Assembly: GCA_963813535.1 (NCBI GenBank)
Contig: CAWEZH010000002.1
Coordinates: 736,001-800,000, forward strand
From: an uncultured Chloroflexia bacterium
Lineage (GTDB): Bacteria; Chloroflexota; Limnocylindria; Limnocylindrales; CSP1-4
DNA: 64,000 bases
Direction of reading: 5' to 3'
In this document: positions 58,687-64,000 of the stretch, one piece after another
Layout of the letters: every line of letters starts with the position of its first letter
Numbering within the stretch: position 1 is the stretch's first letter
Made by a program: the position numbers and the translations under genes
Notes under the pieces: model-generated
Database searches by the model: none
What the model was told of the DNA's origin: nothing
What the model saw: only the letters and a program-made list of their open reading frames with translations

Positions 58687-61445
58687 CAGCCCCCCGCGCC
58701 GAGCCGTTCGGCGACCGAGCTCCGGACCGCGGCCTCTGCCTCTGCCAGACCGTCGCGGCGGGTGCCCATGCCCTGGGCCATCTGCGGACGGCCACCGCCC
58801 TTCGCGCCGATCGGCCCGGCCGCCACCTTCACGAGGTCGCCAGCCGACAGCCCGCGATCGACCAGGTCGTCCGATACGGTCACCCAGACCTGTGGCGCTT
58901 CCGCGTCGAGGAACATCGCGATGATCCCGCTCCCGAGCGCGACGCGGACCTCCTTGGAGGCGGCCTTGAGCGCATCCATCGACTCGTACGGGACCGTCGC
59001 CACGACGAGCCGGACCCCCGGCACGACCTCCTCGGCGCGGGCCGCAAGCTCGGCAGGTCTGGGCACGCCACCCCCGCCTGCCCGCAGGCGACGCCTCGTC
59101 TCGCGCAGCTCCTCCTGGAGCGCGGCGACGCGATCCTCGAGGCGATCGATGGAGTTGGCGCCGACCACCTCGGCGAGTCGTTCGAGCGTTTCCGAGCGCT
59201 CACGGCTCAGCCGGTCGGCGGTCGCACCGGTCACGGCCTCGATGCGCCGCTGGCCGGACCCGATGCTGCGTTCGCCGGTGATCAGGAAGCCGCCGATCTG
59301 GCCCGTCGCCCGGCAATGCGTCCCGCCGCACAGCTCGAAGCTGTAGTCCTGGACGCGGACCGTGCGCACCGTCTCGCCGTACTTCTCGTCGAAGAAGGCA
59401 TCGGCGCCCCGGGCGATCGCCTCGTCCATCGGCAGGAACTCCACGCTGACCGGTCGATCGTCACGGATGATCCCGTGGACCTCGTCCTCGATCGCCCGCT
59501 TCTCGTCGTCCGTGAGGGCGCGATCGAATGGGTAGTCGAAGCGGAGATAGTCGGGATGGACGAGCGAACCTGCCTGGCGCGCCGAGTTCCCGACGACGTT
59601 CCGCAACGCCCGGTGCAGAAGGTGCGTACCGGTGTGGTTGCGCATCGTGTGGGCGCGTCGGTCGGCGTCGACCACCGCCTCGACGATCTCGCCCACCTTC
59701 AGCCGGCCACGCAGTGTCCCGCGATGGACGATCAGCCCGCCGACGGGGCGCTGCGTGTCCTCGACCGAGAACAGCTCGCTGCCACCGGGCTCTCGGATGA
59801 CGCCCTGGTCCCCGACCTGCCCGCCACCCTCGGCGTAGAACGGTGTCTGGTCGAGCACGACCTCCGCCGCGCCATGGCCGGTCAGCTCGCTGAGCTCCAT
59901 GCCGTCGCGGATGATCGCGACGACGCGGCCCTCTGCTGTTGTCGTGTCGTAACCCAGGAACTCGCTGTCGCCGACACGGCCCTGCATCGCGCCGTAGAGG
60001 GACGCCAGCTCGGCGTGCTTCGCCAATTCGGCCTTCTTGCCCGAACGGCTCCGCTCGCGTTGTTCCGCCAGGGCGGCGTCGAAGCCGGCTCGGTCGATCG
60101 CGACGCCGTACTCGGCCGCGAGCTCGGCCGTCAGGTCGACCGGGAACCCGTAGGTATCGTGGAGCCGGAACGCGACCTCGCCCGGGAGGGCCGGCGCACC
60201 CGCCGGCAGATCCTCGGGTCGCCGCCCGATCACGCGCTCTTCCCCGGTGAGGGGGATGAGCGCCTCCTCGAGGTGGACGGTGCCGGCGTCGAGGGTCCGC
60301 GCGAACTGCACCTCCTCGCGGCCGATCACGGACAGGACCTGGTCGCGCTTCTCGACGAGGTGGGGATAGGCGTCGGCCATGACGTCGATCACCACTGACG
60401 CCGTGTCGGTCATGAACGGCTCCCGTCGGCCGAGCAGGCGTCCATGGCGGACGGCTCGACGCAGGATGCGGCGCAGGACGTAGCCCCTCCCTTCATTGCT
60501 GGGTAGGACGTCGTCCGCGATGAGGAACGTGACGGCACGCGAATGATCGGCGATGACCTGGTAGCTGAACCGCTCCTGCTCGAAGGCACCCGGGTCATGG
60601 CCGAGCAGCTCGCGCATCCGCTCGTGGATCGGCGTGAACAGGTCCGTGTCGTAGTTGGTCGGGACCTGCTGGACGACGCTCGCCAGCCGCTCGAGACCCA
60701 TCCCGGTGTCGACGCCCGGTGCCGGCAACGGCACGAGCGACCCATCGGGCTGGAGGTCGAACTCCATGAACACGAGGTTCCAGATCTCGAGCCAGCGCGG
60801 ACAGGTCTCGCTGTGGTCCGGGATGCACTCCGGACCCTCGCTGAGGTGCGCGCCCCGATCGAAGTGGATCTCGCTACACGGCCCGCACGGTCCGATGTCG
60901 GCCATGCGCCACCAGTTCTTCTCGTCGCCGTTGGGGAAATCGCCCCAGCGCACGAGTCGCTCCGGCGGCAGGCCGATCTCGTCGCGCCAGACGTCGAAGG
61001 CGAGGTCATCGGTCGTGTAGGTGGTCGCGGCGAGCCGCTCGGCGGGGATCCCGAGGTCACGCGTCAGGAAGTCCCATGCCCAGTGGATCGCCTCGCGCTT
61101 GAAATAGTCGCCGAAGCTCCAATTCCCGAGCATCTCGAAGAGCGTGTGGTGACGCGGCGTCCGCCCCACCTCCTCGAAGTCGTTGTGCTTGCCGGCGACG
61201 CGCAGGCTGCGCTGGTAGTCGACCGCCCGTTTGTAACTGCGGGTCTCCTTGCCGGTCAGGACGTCCTTGAACTGGACCATCCCGCTGTTGGTGAACAGCA
61301 GCGTCTGATCGCCGGCGGGCACGAGGCTCGCGCTCGGGACGACCGTGTGGTTCCGCTCAGCGAAGAACTCGATGAACCGGTCACGGAGTTCCGACGCAGG
61401 CCGCCACGCGATCCGGGGATCCGGGGTGACGGGTGGGGTCGACAT
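58686..61445 (-). CDS. alaS: Alanine--tRNA ligase
   Basis: LLFTNSGM.QFK, HHTLFEMLGNWSFGDYFK, DTGMGLER, RNHTGTHLL, ELCGGTH, GGGRP.MAQG. Confidence 0.98.
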   Translation of the reverse strand: MSTPPVTPDPRIAWRPASELRDRFIEFFAERNHTVVPSASLVPAGDQTLLFTNSGMVQFKDVLTGKETRSYKRAVDYQRSLRVAGKHNDFEEVGRTPRHHTLFEMLGNWSFGDYFKREAIHWAWDFLTRDLGIPAERLAATTYTTDDLAFDVWRDEIGLPPERLVRWGDFPNGDEKNWWRMADIGPCGPCSEIHFDRGAHLSEGPECIPDHSETCPRWLEIWNLVFMEFDLQPDGSLVPLPAPGVDTGMGLERLASVVQQVPTNYDTDLFTPIHERMRELLGHDPGAFEQERFSYQVIADHSRAVTFLIADDVLPSNEGRGYVLRRILRRAVRHGRLLGRREPFMTDTASVVIDVMADAYPHLVEKRDQVLSVIGREEVQFARTLDAGTVHLEEALIPLTGEERVIGRRPEDLPAGAPALPGEVAFRLHDTYGFPVDLTAELAAEYGVAIDRAGFDAALAEQRERSRSGKKAELAKHAELASLYGAMQGRVGDSEFLGYDTTTAEGRVVAIIRDGMELSELTGHGAAEVVLDQTPFYAEGGGQVGDQGVIREPGGSELFSVEDTQRPVGGLIVHRGTLRGRLKVGEIVEAVVDADRRAHTMRNHTGTHLLHRALRNVVGNSARQAGSLVHPDYLRFDYPFDRALTDDEKRAIEDEVHGIIRDDRPVSVEFLPMDEAIARGADAFFDEKYGETVRTVRVQDYSFELCGGTHCRATGQIGGFLITGERSIGSGQRRIEAVTGATADRLSRERSETLERLAEVVGANSIDRLEDRVAALQEELRETRRRLRAGGGGVPRPAELAARAEEVVPGVRLVVATVPYESMDALKAASKEVRVALGSGIIAMFLDAEAPQVWVTVSDDLVDRGLSAGDLVKVAAGPIGAKGGGRPQMAQGMGTRRDGLAEAEAAVRSSVAERLGAGG

Positions 61446-61581
61446 CGGCGGCAATGGTACCCAACGCAGCGGGGCCGCCTATGCAAGGTACCCGCGATGT
61501 GCGCGTGCGACCGGCATGATGCGACCGACCTCGTGAGACGGCCAAGGTGGGTCGGTCGGAAACCGCAGACGAGGTGCCCAC

Positions 61582-61767
61582 ATGGGCTACGTCCGCAAGT
61601 GCGAGAAATGCGGAACCATCGATTCGCGCCAGCGCTGGTCGTCGCCGAGCGAGGCGGCATCGCAGGACGCGTTCAACAATTGGACGTGTGTGTCCTGTGC
61701 ATGGACCGAGTTCGACCTGGTCGAAGAGGAGACCGAGGTAGAGGCGCAGGCACAGGCGACGCGCTGA
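61582..61767 (+). CDS. Small zinc-ribbon protein (61 aa)
   Basis: CEKC...CVSC; RBS GAGGTG. Confidence 0.7.
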   Translation: MGYVRKCEKCGTIDSRQRWSSPSEAASQDAFNNWTCVSCAWTEFDLVEEETEVEAQAQATR

Positions 61768-61849
61768 ACCTCACTCAGCCGCGTCTCAGACCATTCTCAC
61801 GCTCGAGCGGGACGCTCCGGAGGTCGAAGACCCCCCGGAGACGTCCCGC

Positions 61850-62692
61850 ATGACCACGCCCGCCCCACTGTCCCCACCCAACCCGATCGACGAGGTCGAT
61901 GACGACGACCGGCTGATCGGTCGCATCCTGACGCGACGCGAGGTCCTGGCGCTCATCGGCGCCGGCGGCACCGCCGCGTTCCTCGCGGCGTGCACGCCTG
62001 CCGGGTCGGCGTCACCCGCTGCTTCCGGCGGCCCATCGGCCGCTGCATCAGCCAGCGCGAGCGCCGCCGCGACCGCCGACGCCTCGGCTGCCATCGCGAC
62101 GGCCCTGCCCGCGTGCGTCGTGGCACCCGAGCTCACCGAGGGTCCGTACTACGTCGACGTCGACCTCGAGCGCTCCGACATCCGGACGAACACCGCCGAC
62201 AGCGTGGCGGTCGAAGGTGCGCCGCTCGTCCTTGACTGGGTCGTGTCGCAGGCCGATGGATCGGCGTGCATGCCGATGGAAGGCGTGGTCGTCGACGTCT
62301 GGCATTGCGATGCCCTGGGGACGTATTCCGGCGTCCAGGGCAACTCGGCGAACTTCCTGCGCGGCTTCCAGCGCACCGACAGCCAGGGCAAGGCGTCGTT
62401 CACGACGATCTACCCGGGCTGGTACCAGGGCCGCGCCGTGCACGTCCATTTCAAGATCCGTACCGATCCCGACGCGGAAGCGGGCTTCGAGTTCACGTCG
62501 CAGCTGTTCTTCGACGATGACGTCAGCCGCTCCGTGTACGCGACCGGCGTGTACGCCCAGAAGGGCGCGCAGGACCAGCCGAATGAGTCAGACCAGATCT
62601 TCAACCAGAGTGGCGGCATGACGTTGCTCTCCGTGACCCAGGAGGGCGACGGCTACCGGGCCACCTTCCCGATCGCGGTCCAGCTGACCTAG
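61850..62692 (+). CDS. Intradiol ring-cleavage dioxygenase-like protein with Tat/lipoprotein signal
   Basis: LTRREVL...FLAAC; TEGPYY, DVWHCDA.G.Y, LRG.Q.TD, YPGWY.GRAVHVHFK, TSQLFF. Confidence 0.88.
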   Translation: MTTPAPLSPPNPIDEVDDDDRLIGRILTRREVLALIGAGGTAAFLAACTPAGSASPAASGGPSAAASASASAAATADASAAIATALPACVVAPELTEGPYYVDVDLERSDIRTNTADSVAVEGAPLVLDWVVSQADGSACMPMEGVVVDVWHCDALGTYSGVQGNSANFLRGFQRTDSQGKASFTTIYPGWYQGRAVHVHFKIRTDPDAEAGFEFTSQLFFDDDVSRSVYATGVYAQKGAQDQPNESDQIFNQSGGMTLLSVTQEGDGYRATFPIAVQLT

Positions 62693-62808
62693 CCCTTGGG
62701 GCGCCGCCCGAATGCGCGCCACAAGCGCGACCCGGCGATGATCGCGCCGAGGATCGCGCCGATCGTCAGCCCACGCAGGAAGTTGGCGGTCGAGTGATCG
62801 TCGTTCAT
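62689..62808 (-). CDS. Small membrane peptide (39 aa), absent from the ORF track
   Basis: MNDDHSTANFLRGLTIGAILGAIIAGSRLWRAFGRRPKG; starts about 10 nt after the upstream stop. Confidence 0.55.
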   Translation of the reverse strand: MNDDHSTANFLRGLTIGAILGAIIAGSRLWRAFGRRPKG

Positions 62809-62818
62809 GCCAGTCCGT

Positions 62819-63100
62819 TCATGTCGGTCGTTGGGAGTTCGGGCCGAGGACCGCGATGACCGACACGATCGCGATGCCCAGCCATGCCACGATCGACGCG
62901 CCGACGAGGTGGTAGTCCCCGAGCGTCACGATGTCGATCCCGAGGCGCCCGAAGATCGCGTCGCCGGCCCACGCGCCGAGGATCGCCGCCGCGACGAGAG
63001 CGGGAAGCCGACCGCCCGCCGAACCACGGATCGCGACCGAGAGGGCCGCATGGAACACTCCGACCAGCACCGATAGCACGAGTGAGGGCTCAAGGCTCAC
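62819..63100 (-). CDS. Small multi-pass membrane protein
   Basis: Three hydrophobic segments; start overlaps the mnmA stop. Confidence 0.7.
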   Translation of the reverse strand: MSLEPSLVLSVLVGVFHAALSVAIRGSAGGRLPALVAAAILGAWAGDAIFGRLGIDIVTLGDYHLVGASIVAWLGIAIVSVIAVLGPNSQRPT

Positions 63101-64000
63101 GCGCCGACGAGCGACGCCTCGCGCCCGACCGCTCGATCCGCAGCGACGGCGATCCGACCACCCCCGAGGACTTCGTCGCCGTCATAGAAGACGGCCGCCT
63201 GTCCCGGCGCCGCGGCCCACACGGGTTCGTCTGTTCGCACGAGCCAGCGGCGATCGCCGAGCGGCGCCACGGTGGCATCGATCGGCGTGGCGCGATGACG
63301 GATCCGCACGGCCGCCCGGAAGGGCTCGGACGGGGCGACCTCCCCGATGAACGAGCCGCGCTCGACGGTGAAGTCGTGGGTCTCAAGGTCCTCGCGTCGA
63401 CCGAGCTGGATCGTGTTGGAGATCGGGTCGATGCGCGAGACGTACCGCGGCGCGCCGAGTGCCACGCCAAGGCCCTGCCGCTGCCCGACGGTATAGGCGG
63501 GCGTCCCCTGGTGCTCACCGACGGGGGAGCCGTCGACGTCGAGCAGCGTGCCCGCCTCGGGCCGCCAGCCGGCGCGCGTCCGGAGCGCCTCGCGATAGTC
63601 GCCGCCCGGCACGAAGCAGATCTCCTGGCTCTCGGGCTTCTCGGCGGTGACGAGACCCAGCGACCGGGCGACGTCGCGGACCTCGGGCTTGGTCAGCTCG
63701 CCGAGCGGGAAGCGGGCGTGCGCGAGCTGGTCCGCACGCAACCCGTACAGGAAATAGGTCTGATCCTTGGCTTCGTCGCGTGCTCGGTACAGCCGCGCCC
63801 GTCCATCGTCGCCGACCAGCCGGCGCGCATAGTGCCCGGTCGCGACCGCCTCGCACTCGTACATGTGCCGTGCACGCCCGAGCAGCGCCCCGAACTTCAC
63901 GTACGTGTTGCAGTCGACGCACGGGCTCGGCGTCCGCCCGTCGATGTACGCATCCAGGAATGGCTGGAGGACCCCAGCGTCGAACTCGCGCTCGAGGTTC
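63097..64000 (-). CDS. mnmA: tRNA 2-thiouridylase MnmA (5' truncated by window)
   Basis: TPSPCVDCN, ATGHYAR, KDQTYFL, KPESQEICF, YTVGQR.GL, PGQAAVFY, LGGG. Confidence 0.97.
   Translation of the reverse strand, partial: NLEREFDAGVLQPFLDAYIDGRTPSPCVDCNTYVKFGALLGRARHMYECEAVATGHYARRLVGDDGRARLYRARDEAKDQTYFLYGLRADQLAHARFPLGELTKPEVRDVARSLGLVTAEKPESQEICFVPGGDYREALRTRAGWRPEAGTLLDVDGSPVGEHQGTPAYTVGQRQGLGVALGAPRYVSRIDPISNTIQLGRREDLETHDFTVERGSFIGEVAPSEPFRAAVRIRHRATPIDATVAPLGDRRWLVRTDEPVWAAAPGQAAVFYDGDEVLGGGRIAVAADRAVGREASLVGA

Overview
A very GC-rich bacterial chromosome segment, mostly housekeeping genes on the minus strand. Gene content and order suggest Chloroflexota, possibly Limnocylindria/Ellin6529 (inference). 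Core genes: cysS (3' part), a glutaredoxin-ccdA-TlpA operon, nrdR-dcd with tandem NrdR boxes, etfAB with an acyl-CoA dehydrogenase and a FadF/EtfD-like Fe-S protein, moeA-moaC-mog, an aromatic amino-acid decarboxylase behind three RDD paralogues, cmk-plsC-ispH-der-gpsA, xerD-scpAB-rluB, xseAB-dxs-tlyA-nadK-recN, efp, alaS-ruvX-mltG-pepP and mnmA (3' part). There are two tRNAs (Arg-CCT, Pro-GGG) with accessory genes past their 3' ends. Best candidates for undescribed biology: (1) an FtsA/actin-like ATPase plus a membrane-anchored baseplate-J-like protein, translationally coupled inside the alaS-ruvX-mltG operon with no ftsZ or phage genes in the window; (2) a GT2 glycosyltransferase whose N-terminus copies the CysRS C-terminal anticodon-binding module, next to cysS; (3) a structured non-coding region beside tRNA-Arg; (4) a three-copy palindromic repeat array. 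Five apparent single-base frameshifts, one in der, probably reflect sequencing error. All family assignments come from motif recognition by eye; no searches were run.
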